DNA of 64,000 nt from an uncultured Gammaproteobacteria bacterium (GCA_964566225.1 CAZMHV010000004.1:64248-128247), one strand, 5' to 3'; shown: positions 39,871-47,738, counted from the first letter of the stretch. Numbers and translations: made by a program. Notes: a model not told the origin generated them from the letters alone.

Positions 39871-39899
39871 TTGACAGGAATCTTTTTTTCTGTTAAAGT
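39871..39899 (+). promoter_or_regulatory. sigma70-type promoter
   Basis: TTGACA-N17-TAAAGT. Confidence 0.55.
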
Positions 39900-40071
39900 G
39901 TAAGTAACATGATAGTGTTCGTAGATAACTACGGATAACCTACCTTCGCAGGATAGTTCCGACTCAGTCGGGACTATTTTTTTATTTATCCACAGAAAAT
40001 GCCCTCACGGGACGTCCAACTTTAACTTTTCTTCAGGTACTTTGTGTTATGCTCACTTTCGGTGGACTCAA

Positions 40072-40145
40072 GGGCCCGTAGTTTAATGGTAGAACACTAT
40101 CATGCGAAGGTAGGGGCACGGGTTCGATTCCCGTCGGGTCCACCA
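40072..40145 (+). tRNA. tRNA-Arg (anticodon GCG)
   Basis: Cloverleaf: GGGCCCG/CGGGTCC acceptor, CTATC-ATGCGAA-GGTAG anticodon arm, GGTTCGATTCC T arm, encoded CCA; terminator-like hairpin follows. Confidence 0.9.
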
Positions 40146-40196
40146 CCCAAAGCAATCTTGTAAACACAAGGTTGTTTTTGTTTAGAAAGAATTTCT

Positions 40197-40271
40197 CCCC
40201 TTCACAAACTTCAACGAATTGAAATTTCTGCAGGGTTGGCGAGTGAGTGCTTCTCTCTCGCCGACCGGTGC
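40197..40271 (-). repeat. GCAC double-hairpin element, copy E
   Basis: GCACCGG, stem GGCGAG/CTCGCC enclosing AGCACTCA, then CCCT…GAAATTT…GAAGTTT…AGGGG as in copies B/C. Confidence 0.7.
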
Positions 40272-40457
40272 GTTTGGCTTCTCGCCGTGGAGGATACTGC
40301 TTCCTCTTGGCTCACCACTTTGTTCTTTTGGAACATGCAGGTGACTCATACCTTGATTTTCAGCATAGGATTTTGTGCTGAGTGAAACCCGTGAGTGGCA
40401 GCTTGTCCCGAGACCTTGTCGGTCTCTGAGTGGGATGTTACCAGGTTTCTGTGTGGT

Positions 40458-41420
40458 TTAGCCGCGGTCGATCTCAGCCTCGGGCAGGATGTGCCCGGCG
40501 GCTCGAAGCTCGGCCTGACGGCCGCCGTTGGTGAACCAATGGGGTGCGTCCTTGGTTACGCTATCCTGGCGGTACGGGATGGTTCCGTCCACCAGGGCGT
40601 GCGTGGCCCAGTACTCCCGGCTCTGGTTGCCGCGCTCGTTCGGGTCGCCCGGGAAGGGCTCCCCAATATGGCCGACGTAGGCCTTGTGCAGGGAGTAGCT
40701 GTCTCCCCTGCGTCGAAGAACGATGCTGAGATACTGGCACGTTTCGGCCTTACGGCCGCGGACGAACCGACCCCAGTTGTGCCCACCGAGATGGGCGTAA
40801 AACACTTCATCGTGGTCTCGAGTCTTCACGCACGCGGTTCGGCCGAAGCCACGCCGTCCAGAGTCGAACTCGCGCAGGACGTAGTCGGCGCCCATCCCTG
40901 GGGCCACTTCGTCGATTTCGATGACATTGACACAATCGACCATGAAGTCGTATTGCTTCAGTGTCATCGAGTCTTGGATTCGGGGAGCGATGTAGACCTG
41001 TTGGCCAGTGGCAGTCTGAACTACCTTCGGCCTGCGGGTCATCGACATCAGCCACTCTTCGGGGGTAGACCCCTGAAGCCATGGCCGGTCGAAGAACTTC
41101 TTCTTTGCCACCTCTGGGTTGGGAAACTGCTCAGTCGCCTCGATCAGGAGGAGGAACTCTCCCCAGCTGATTGTGTGTGTGTCGGAGTGATCCTGGCCAC
41201 GGGCCAAGATCTGGATCTTTTGGGATCCCTTCACTCCTTGGAAGAATTCGCCCCAGTGTCGAATCTCCCGGTTGAGGGGCCGCTCACCCGGGATGACCAC
41301 GCGTTGAAACATTTGGTTCTTTTGATTGAACCGATAGTTTTCTCCGAAGTTGGTGAAGTCTACGACCACGTCATGGGTTCTACAGAAGAAGTACACTTTC
41401 ATCTGGAGATTCTTGAACAT
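40458..41420 (-). CDS. Hypothetical protein (GC-rich class)
   Basis: 320-aa ORF with GC3 bias on this strand; C-terminal domain ending in YWATHALV. Confidence 0.8.
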   Translation of the reverse strand: MFKNLQMKVYFFCRTHDVVVDFTNFGENYRFNQKNQMFQRVVIPGERPLNREIRHWGEFFQGVKGSQKIQILARGQDHSDTHTISWGEFLLLIEATEQFPNPEVAKKKFFDRPWLQGSTPEEWLMSMTRRPKVVQTATGQQVYIAPRIQDSMTLKQYDFMVDCVNVIEIDEVAPGMGADYVLREFDSGRRGFGRTACVKTRDHDEVFYAHLGGHNWGRFVRGRKAETCQYLSIVLRRRGDSYSLHKAYVGHIGEPFPGDPNERGNQSREYWATHALVDGTIPYRQDSVTKDAPHWFTNGGRQAELRAAGHILPEAEIDRG

Positions 41421-41457
41421 CTTTTTTTCTCGACATGCCGGGGAACTGCCGGTGCAG

Positions 41458-41551
41458 TCGAAGCGTGCGTCTCAATTGCATTGCTTCGATCTCTTTTGCA
41501 AAAAAATTTGTAACAGAGATCGAAGGGGAAGGTGCATTTCCCTTCGAGTGC
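41458..41551 (-). repeat. GCAC element, copy F (triple-hairpin variant)
   Basis: GCACTCGAAGGGAA-ATGCACC-TTCCCCTTCGA, A/T-rich hairpin, TCGAAGC…GCTTCGA. Confidence 0.8.
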
Positions 41552-41573
41552 TTTGGCTCCTCATAGGAGCAGG

Positions 41574-42242
41574 TTAGAGGCGCGTGGTCACCTTCTCGAC
41601 GCGGTACCAGACGTACCGATCGAAACGGAAACCTTGGCCTCCACCCCCGCGAAACTCGATTTTCGCGTGGTCATTCTCCTTGACTGCCTCGCTCCGCAGG
41701 AGAGGGAGTTCCTTGGCGGAGAGGCGCTCGAAGCCTGCCTCGGGCACTATGGCCACGAGAGCTTCGAAGCCTCCATTCTGGAACTCCTGCTCCGTCTGCT
41801 CGGCGTTCGGAATGTCGCGGTGCGTGACCACCACATCCGAGCCGAATAGTCGAGCAAGCTCGGCAGTCTGCCGAGTGGTCGGGGCGAACCGGGAGAGCCA
41901 CATGATGCGTTTGTGGCCTCCCGAAACCGGCGATACCTCATCGAATTTCTTGCGGATCTCGAGGATCCGGTCGAAACCGAGAAAGGTGCTCCGTTCGTGC
42001 GACATCATTGGCCAGAGGGGAAAAACCCCCTTTCGGCAAAGTCCGTCGAGGATGCTGGTGGGTGCCACCAGCACGATCTCATCGAACTTGCCGGATTGTA
42101 TCCGAGCCATGATGTCGTTCACCCCATCCGGGCTGAACGGCCGATCGTCAATCGTGACGTCGACCTCTCCCATAATCCTTTGAAGCTCCTGCATCTTCCC
42201 TTCATCGGGGTGATGGCGTGAGAGCCAGAGGATTTTCTTCAT
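41574..42242 (-). CDS. Protein with internal tandem duplication of a small alpha/beta domain
   Basis: KKILWLSRHHP…GFDR and KRIMWLSRFAP…RFDR repeats. Confidence 0.8.
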   Translation of the reverse strand: MKKILWLSRHHPDEGKMQELQRIMGEVDVTIDDRPFSPDGVNDIMARIQSGKFDEIVLVAPTSILDGLCRKGVFPLWPMMSHERSTFLGFDRILEIRKKFDEVSPVSGGHKRIMWLSRFAPTTRQTAELARLFGSDVVVTHRDIPNAEQTEQEFQNGGFEALVAIVPEAGFERLSAKELPLLRSEAVKENDHAKIEFRGGGGQGFRFDRYVWYRVEKVTTRL

Positions 42243-42268
42243 AGCAGGGACCCTTTCGTAAATGTTTT

Positions 42269-42362
42269 CTCACCACACTAACCAAAATTTTTTTTGATCA
42301 AAGCGGTGAGGGGCTAACTTTTACATCGTTGCGCAACGACGTTTGCTAGCCCACCCGAGTGC
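42269..42362 (-). repeat. GCAC double-hairpin element, copy G
   Basis: GCACTCGG, GGGCTAGC/GTTAGCCC (loop GCGCAA rather than GCAC), CTCACCGC…A8T4…GTGGTGAG; G-U wobbles on the sense strand. Confidence 0.7.
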
Positions 42363-42425
42363 ATTCCATTTTGTCTTTTCCCTGAAAAAAAGACTTTAGC
42401 TACTCACCTCATTTTACTGAGGCTT

Positions 42426-42884
42426 TCAGGCTCTTGAAATTTCCTGCAAGGAAGTGCAGGGGGTGATTTTTCCGTTTGGAACCCATTCAAGAGTGCAGAA
42501 CTCGGCGCGTTGCCGAAAATTTGAACTTTCTTTGGTCTGCTGAAGAAAGTCGAGGTCGGATGGAGGTTTACCATCTTTTTCCCACCGAGGTAGGTAACTC
42601 TTTACGAGAAGGACACGACCATGCCCTTCAGGTAGGGTTTGCTTTGTTTGATAAAGCTTGCCGGGATTTTCACCCGCATCAGTGTTGGTCTTACACAGTT
42701 TCTGAAGATAACAGTAGCCCTGTCCAACAACGTGTATAATTTCCCCCAATTCGCGAGAGGGTAAGCCATACAAACTTAAGTAGACTGTCACGCCTACCAG
42801 ATGCCGAACCTTGTCACCCGGTTCGGTAGGATGGGATTTATTTTCTGTCGGTTCCCTTCCCGACTTTTAGCTTGGTGGATTCAT
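42426..42884 (-). pseudogene. Hypothetical gene with in-frame TAA at codon 6 (or GTG start at 42791)
   Basis: AAGGAGG-N8-ATG at 42884 is in frame with the 121-aa ORF but reads MNPPS*. Confidence 0.5.
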
Positions 42885-42913
42885 TTTATTAGCCTCCTTG
42901 TAAGTGTTTGGGA

Positions 42914-43000
42914 CCACCATTCTTTTTCCAAAAATTTTTTAGAAAAAAGATGCTGGGGGGGAAGTATTGTGCTTTCTTCCCCGTGTCAGTGTCCGAGTGC
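42914..43000 (-). repeat. GCAC double-hairpin element, copy H
   Basis: GCACTCGG, GGGGAAG-AAAGCACAATA-CTTCCCC, then T/A-tract hairpin. Confidence 0.75.
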
Positions 43001-43094
43001 TTATCGGACGGGTCGCTCAGTCTCACGCGAGAAAGAGCAGAAAATTCCGTTTTATTTTTACAAGGTCTCGGGATGACCTTGTTCCTGGTTGAGT

Positions 43095-44504
43095 TTAGAA
43101 TCTGTCGATACCGACACCGCCCGTCGAACGGGCGAACTCGACCAATGATTTGTTCGCCACCTCCATGGCGAAGCCGTGGACCCGGGTGCCCGGGATTTCT
43201 GACTTCTTGAGAGAGGAAACGGACTTGTCATCGTCGGTCAGGAGAACGATCTCCGGCCGGTAAAGAGCTTCACCAGCCTTGATTTTTTCGTCCATGAATT
43301 TGTGGGCCGCGCGGACCGAGGCAGGAATGTCCGTGCCACCGCCCGTGAAGTTGCTCGCCGCGAATTTCTTGATAAGTTCGCGAGCTTCCGCAGGAGTAGC
43401 CGCGTGCATGACCTTCCCTAAGGAAGTGTCGAACACGCTAATCCACACTTCCGCGTCTCCGGTCAGGACTGCCTTGAGGCGGTTCATCACCACCCCGCTG
43501 GCCTTCCAATGCCTCTTGCCCTTCATCGACCCGGAGCCGTCGAGAAGGATGAAGATCGCCTGCCTTTTCTCCACCGTAGTGACTCGCTCCCGGACCTGGA
43601 GCTGACCACTCACCGCTTGGTAGAGAAACAAAGTGTGGTTTTGCTGCCGCGTCGCCCAGTCAGTGTGGCTCACACGGTTCAGCTCGCCCATGTGCTTGAT
43701 CGGTCGACGGCGAGTTTCCTCGCCTGCCAGATTCACTTCCTGCTTCTTCTGCTTGCGCGTCTGAAACGGGGTGAACTGATCCATCTGGCGGGAGATATCG
43801 AGCATCACCCGACGGTCGCATCCCGCCACGAGGTCCTCGGCCACCTGCAGCTTATTGAGCTGTTGGTGACCTGAACTCTGGCCATCAGTCTCAATCTCAT
43901 GATTCGCCCCGTCGGGGTCCATCATGTCGAGCTCTTCCTTGGAGAGACTTTCGACCATGTCCATGATCTCGTGAAGGGATTCGGCGACCCCCTCTGTTCG
44001 TTCTGATTCTGCGAAGATAGGGAGCGGCTCACCCCCACCTTCGCTAGCCGCGCCCTGCCCGCCCTTTTGCTGGCTCAGGAGCTTCAATAGCCCCATTGCC
44101 TGTTCGAGTGGGCTTGCGCCGGGGAACTTTGACAAGTCCACCGTCTGCAAGAAGTCGCAGACGTTCTGATGGTACCTCATCGAGTTCTCGGCGTGGGCGG
44201 TCACGGCCTCTGCACGATTGGTTGTACAGGTTTCATCCCCAAAAAGGCCTCGCACCTTGGTGGGGATCTGCCAGTTGCCATACGAGTCGGGAGCCGGCAG
44301 CTGCTCCTCAATTCGTCGCGTCACTTCGTCTCGGTAGCTCGACGGAGGGTTGACGCGTCCCCCCGCCGCCAGATTTGTGAGATCGGCCACAAGGTCTGGG
44401 GCGAACCCCTTGAGGCCAATCCTCCCCGCCATCTCCTTCATCTCCTCCTTTGACGGAGGAATGTAGGCAGCGGGCGGAGAAGTGCGGAACGTAAACTGGC
44501 TCAT
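43095..44504 (-). CDS. VWA (MIDAS) domain protein
   Basis: LLDGSGSM, GGGTDI and LLTDD; SD GGAGGAG. Confidence 0.85.
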   Translation of the reverse strand: MSQFTFRTSPPAAYIPPSKEEMKEMAGRIGLKGFAPDLVADLTNLAAGGRVNPPSSYRDEVTRRIEEQLPAPDSYGNWQIPTKVRGLFGDETCTTNRAEAVTAHAENSMRYHQNVCDFLQTVDLSKFPGASPLEQAMGLLKLLSQQKGGQGAASEGGGEPLPIFAESERTEGVAESLHEIMDMVESLSKEELDMMDPDGANHEIETDGQSSGHQQLNKLQVAEDLVAGCDRRVMLDISRQMDQFTPFQTRKQKKQEVNLAGEETRRRPIKHMGELNRVSHTDWATRQQNHTLFLYQAVSGQLQVRERVTTVEKRQAIFILLDGSGSMKGKRHWKASGVVMNRLKAVLTGDAEVWISVFDTSLGKVMHAATPAEARELIKKFAASNFTGGGTDIPASVRAAHKFMDEKIKAGEALYRPEIVLLTDDDKSVSSLKKSEIPGTRVHGFAMEVANKSLVEFARSTGGVGIDRF

Positions 44505-44546
44505 CTTGGTCTCCTCCCGCTTGCGCGGATTTTCTAGTTGAGTTTC

Positions 44547-44636
44547 TCGAAGCGTTTGCTTCGACCTTTATTTCAAACTTTTTTGTTTGATATACAGGTC
44601 GAAGGGTGAGCGTTGTGCATACTCACCTTCCAGTGC
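44547..44636 (-). repeat. GCAC element, copy I (triple-hairpin variant)
   Basis: GCACTGGAAGGTGAG-TATGCACAACG-CTCACCCTTCGA, A/T-rich hairpin, TCGAAGC-AAAC-GCTTCGA. Confidence 0.8.
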
Positions 44637-44738
44637 TTGCTCCTCGTAGGAACTTGGTTGATTTTACCAACCGTCAATGCCCATAGAGCCGGGATCAGCT
44701 TTCCAGGATTCAAGCCTTACCTGGAATGGCTTTCTTTT

Positions 44739-45836
44739 CTACAGGCGGGTGTGCTTGAGGCTGAGCTTCTGAGCCTCGGCCGACTTCTGGGAAGCAGCCT
44801 CCCGGAGCTGCTTGCGCTTTTCCGTGAGACCATCCGTGACCTTGAGATTGGCCACCTTGTCCTGGAAGGAGAGGAGCCGCAAAGCCGCCTGGTTGCACTT
44901 GACCGGACTCTGCGTCCGATCAGCCGCCTCGAGGTCAGAGAGCAAGCTGTTCAGCTCGCCCTCAGCCTCAACCAGCAACACCTCGGCCGTCGCCCGCTCG
45001 CTCGCCTTGTCGAGCTCGGTTTTCAGGTTCTCGGCCAAAGCCTCGAACCCATCGACGAACTTGAGGTCAAGGAGATCGACCTTCTCGACCTTGGCCGAAC
45101 CGCGCAGCGCTGCAGAGGTCTTGACGACTCCAAGCGCGTGCACGGCCGACCGCGGCGAGATGGGCCGCCCCTGCTCGGCGAGCTTGCCGAGCATCTCGGC
45201 GAGCACCGAGCTCATCCCGTTGAGGTCGGCTCCCGGCAAGCGGGGCGCGACCTTCACGAACAGCTCGCTGTAATCGGCCGCCTTATAGGACGGCCATTTC
45301 ACATTGAGTTGAATCGGGAATCGCTCGATCAGGGCGTGCGCAGCGGGGCCGAGCTCGCTGATTTCCGCTGGGTCTTTGTTGGTGAGGGCGATGATGACCT
45401 TCGTCTTCATCGCGAACACCTGTGACCCCTTTCGGAGCTTGCGGGCGGTCAGCGTGTCCTTGAGCGCGAGGAGAACCGACGCCGGAGCGTCAAAGAGCTC
45501 CTCGAACACCGCGTAGGGTCGCGCGAGGAAGCTCAGCTCCGGGAAGTACCGGAGCACCTTCTCGGTCTCGAGCGCCCGGAAGTCGAGGCCGCCCCAGAGG
45601 GTAGCCTCGTCCATTCCCTCCCCGAAGCTCTGAACGTGGACCTCGTTATCGAGGTCCGTGACGATCTCGGCCAGAGCGGTCTCTATCATCTCGGACTTCC
45701 CGTGCCCCCCGGGTCCCCAGAGGAGCACGTTTTTGCCCGACGTGATTGCCAGAGCAAGGACCCGGGCCAGGTCCTCACACTTGATGAAATCCCGCTCGAG
45801 GCGAGACTTCAACTTGTCGAAGAGATTAGTAACCAC
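44739..45836 (-). CDS. MoxR/RavA-family AAA+ ATPase
   Basis: NVLLWGPGGHGKS Walker A, AVFEELFDA Walker B-like, ALTN, ALIERF; GGAGGT before GTG 45836. Confidence 0.85.
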   Translation of the reverse strand: MVTNLFDKLKSRLERDFIKCEDLARVLALAITSGKNVLLWGPGGHGKSEMIETALAEIVTDLDNEVHVQSFGEGMDEATLWGGLDFRALETEKVLRYFPELSFLARPYAVFEELFDAPASVLLALKDTLTARKLRKGSQVFAMKTKVIIALTNKDPAEISELGPAAHALIERFPIQLNVKWPSYKAADYSELFVKVAPRLPGADLNGMSSVLAEMLGKLAEQGRPISPRSAVHALGVVKTSAALRGSAKVEKVDLLDLKFVDGFEALAENLKTELDKASERATAEVLLVEAEGELNSLLSDLEAADRTQSPVKCNQAALRLLSFQDKVANLKVTDGLTEKRKQLREAASQKSAEAQKLSLKHTRL

Positions 45837-46008
45837 GCAAACCTCCGTAGCGCGATTGTTGCGCCTTGGATTGGGCTTGCCCTGGGGAGGGCAAAGCACG
45901 TTTGTGTTTCTCCTCCCGCAGAGCAAAGCCCTGGTTTGGGTCCCCATTTCTATTTTTTTTCAAAAATAGTCAGGGAACCCAAACAGTTGCGTAATGACCT
46001 AATATTAA

Positions 46009-46206
46009 ACGCACGTCTTGGTAAACCTGCGCTTGCCAAAGAAAATAATATTTTTATTCACTTTGGCAATATTCAATTGTAAGGATCTTCACTCTCTACA
46101 CCACATTCATTAGGCTGCTGTAACATTTTTTACTCAATTTTTCTTTGGAGTCTTGTGAGGCTCAAAATACTTGTGAGTTCAAAACTTTCTTGTTGTAGTA
46201 GCGACT
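46009..46206. repeat. Array-head repeat, copy 2
   Basis: See 39625-39822. Confidence 0.95.
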
Positions 46207-46790
46207 GCCTTTCCCTCTATACAATCTTGCGACTGTTTAAAGAGAAGGCGCACTCGGTACTACTCTCGTTCTGAGGCGAGTGTAGACTGACCGCGAGGGA
46301 GTTGCTGCTCGACTTTCGTCAAGGGCATCTATCAACCTCCGCCGGTTCTCTTAGTCCGGTCGGATGACCGGATCAAGAGCAATATCTTACCCGGTCATTC
46401 GACCGGGCAAGGGTTCAGAATTGAAAATTTCTTTCACCGATAGGAGTCTCTCTCCTTCACATTGGTCAAAGAAATTAGTTCATTGTAATGGTTTGGGGAC
46501 TCAACCTTTTTGCACCCTGTCTCGCTCAACTCTCTCTCTTGAGGGCAAAGCAGGTATTGTTTAAAAAGGGAATCGTGCAAACCGTTTAGTCCTAGACCCT
46601 TCCCAAAGGCAAGCATCGCTTTGGTACTTTTGATCAAGGTCTAAACGTTTTGCGCGAAAGTGTAAAAAACGCTCTTTCTGGTGAGAGAGCGTTTGAGTTT
46701 GGTAACTCTATCTGGGGCTCTCTCTTTCCTTTGATAGTTCAAGTGTTTGAGTTGTGGTTACCTGTTCTTGGTCTTTCAGCGTAACGAGCT

Positions 46791-46819
46791 AGTATAACAT
46801 AAAATCACAAATATGTCAA
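46791..46819 (-). promoter_or_regulatory. sigma70-type promoter facing the GC-rich array
   Basis: TTGACA-N17-TATACT on the minus strand. Confidence 0.75.
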
Positions 46820-46906
46820 TACTGAACCATGCATATACAAAATATATATATTAAATTTATCTAAATTTAGCTAAATATATAAAAACTCAATATGTAAAAT
46901 AACCAC

Positions 46907-46935
46907 TTGACATATTAATTCAAATATGGTATAAT
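46907..46935 (+). promoter_or_regulatory. Consensus sigma70 promoter of the TrmB-like gene
   Basis: TTGACA-N17-TATAAT. Confidence 0.8.
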
Positions 46936-46958
46936 ACATGTACAATAAGCCAAAAAAT

Positions 46959-47738
46959 ATGATTGACCAAAACTTAAAAAACCTGCTGGTTGAGGCAGGA
47001 TTAGAATCAAGTTCTACAGAAATTTACCTTATTTTAGCCCAAAAAGGTGAATTAACCGTGTCTGAACTTATCAAAGACACATCGCTTTCTCGCACCACTG
47101 TTCACAGTGCACTCATGGATTTACTAGTCAAAGAGCTGGTTTTATACCGCAAAGAGGGGAGAAATGCCTACTATAAACCAGCACACCCCAGTGGATTAAT
47201 GCGCCTTTTGGAAGAAAAAAAGCGTCAACAAAGCCAATTTGAAGCGAGTTTCCAAGAGGGCCTTGGTTCCTTGGCCGGTATGTTTAACCTGGCCAACAAC
47301 CGTCCTGGGGTGCGATTTTATGAGGGGAAAGAGGGGGTTATTGAAGCGTATGAAGAAATTTTGACGCTCGGTGCGCCTATTGAAAGTATTGAAGACAAGG
47401 GAGAAATGGCTGAATTTATTCCTGAGTATTTTCCCAAGTTTATTCAAAAAAGAATTCAAAAGAAAATATTCAACAAGGTGGTGGTTCCTTCGAGTAATAC
47501 CATCAATGTAAACAGCCCAGAAGAATTTCGTGAAACGAGAAGTATTGATGTTGCACAGTTTCCTTTTTCTATGGATATAAAAATATGTGGAAACACTGTT
47601 CTTTTGGTAACTTTAAAACAAAAACAGGCCATTGCCATTCGCATAGATGACCCGCTTATTGCAGAAAATTTCAAAATTTTATTTCAGTTTTTGTGGAACT
47701 CTGCCGCAATATCTCATGCTCCTGCTTCTGTCTCTTGA
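46959..47738 (+). CDS. TrmB-family transcriptional regulator
   Basis: N-terminal wHTH (LSRTTVHSAL), PGVRFYEGKEG linker, C-terminal effector-like domain. Confidence 0.85.
   Translation: MIDQNLKNLLVEAGLESSSTEIYLILAQKGELTVSELIKDTSLSRTTVHSALMDLLVKELVLYRKEGRNAYYKPAHPSGLMRLLEEKKRQQSQFEASFQEGLGSLAGMFNLANNRPGVRFYEGKEGVIEAYEEILTLGAPIESIEDKGEMAEFIPEYFPKFIQKRIQKKIFNKVVVPSSNTINVNSPEEFRETRSIDVAQFPFSMDIKICGNTVLLVTLKQKQAIAIRIDDPLIAENFKILFQFLWNSAAISHAPASVS

Noticed and set aside
39908-39945. Fluoride riboswitch-like words (GATAGTGTTCG…ACCTAC)
   Set aside because: The pseudoknot pairing is not satisfied and no fluoride-related gene lies downstream.
1927-44636. Classical integron attC sites
   Set aside because: No RYYYAAC…GTTRRRY core ends recognised and no IntI in the window; the elements were kept as a distinct unnamed motif.
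4194-44636. GCAC elements as ordinary intrinsic terminators
   Set aside because: The first stems lack a direct U tract, lie between co-directional genes, and conserve loop and 5' box sequence. Real terminators occur separately (5958, 17951, about 20100).
39625-46126. CRISPR array or protein-coding repeat (the ARLGKPALAKENN… peptide appears in two + ORFs)
   Set aside because: Only two copies 6.4 kb apart. The shared peptide is just translation of the non-coding repeat in ORFs antisense to real genes.
37800-46200. Prophage or integrative element at the tRNA
   Set aside because: No integrase, terminase, capsid or relaxase; no duplicated tRNA 3' end; the tRNA lies inside the region rather than at its edge.
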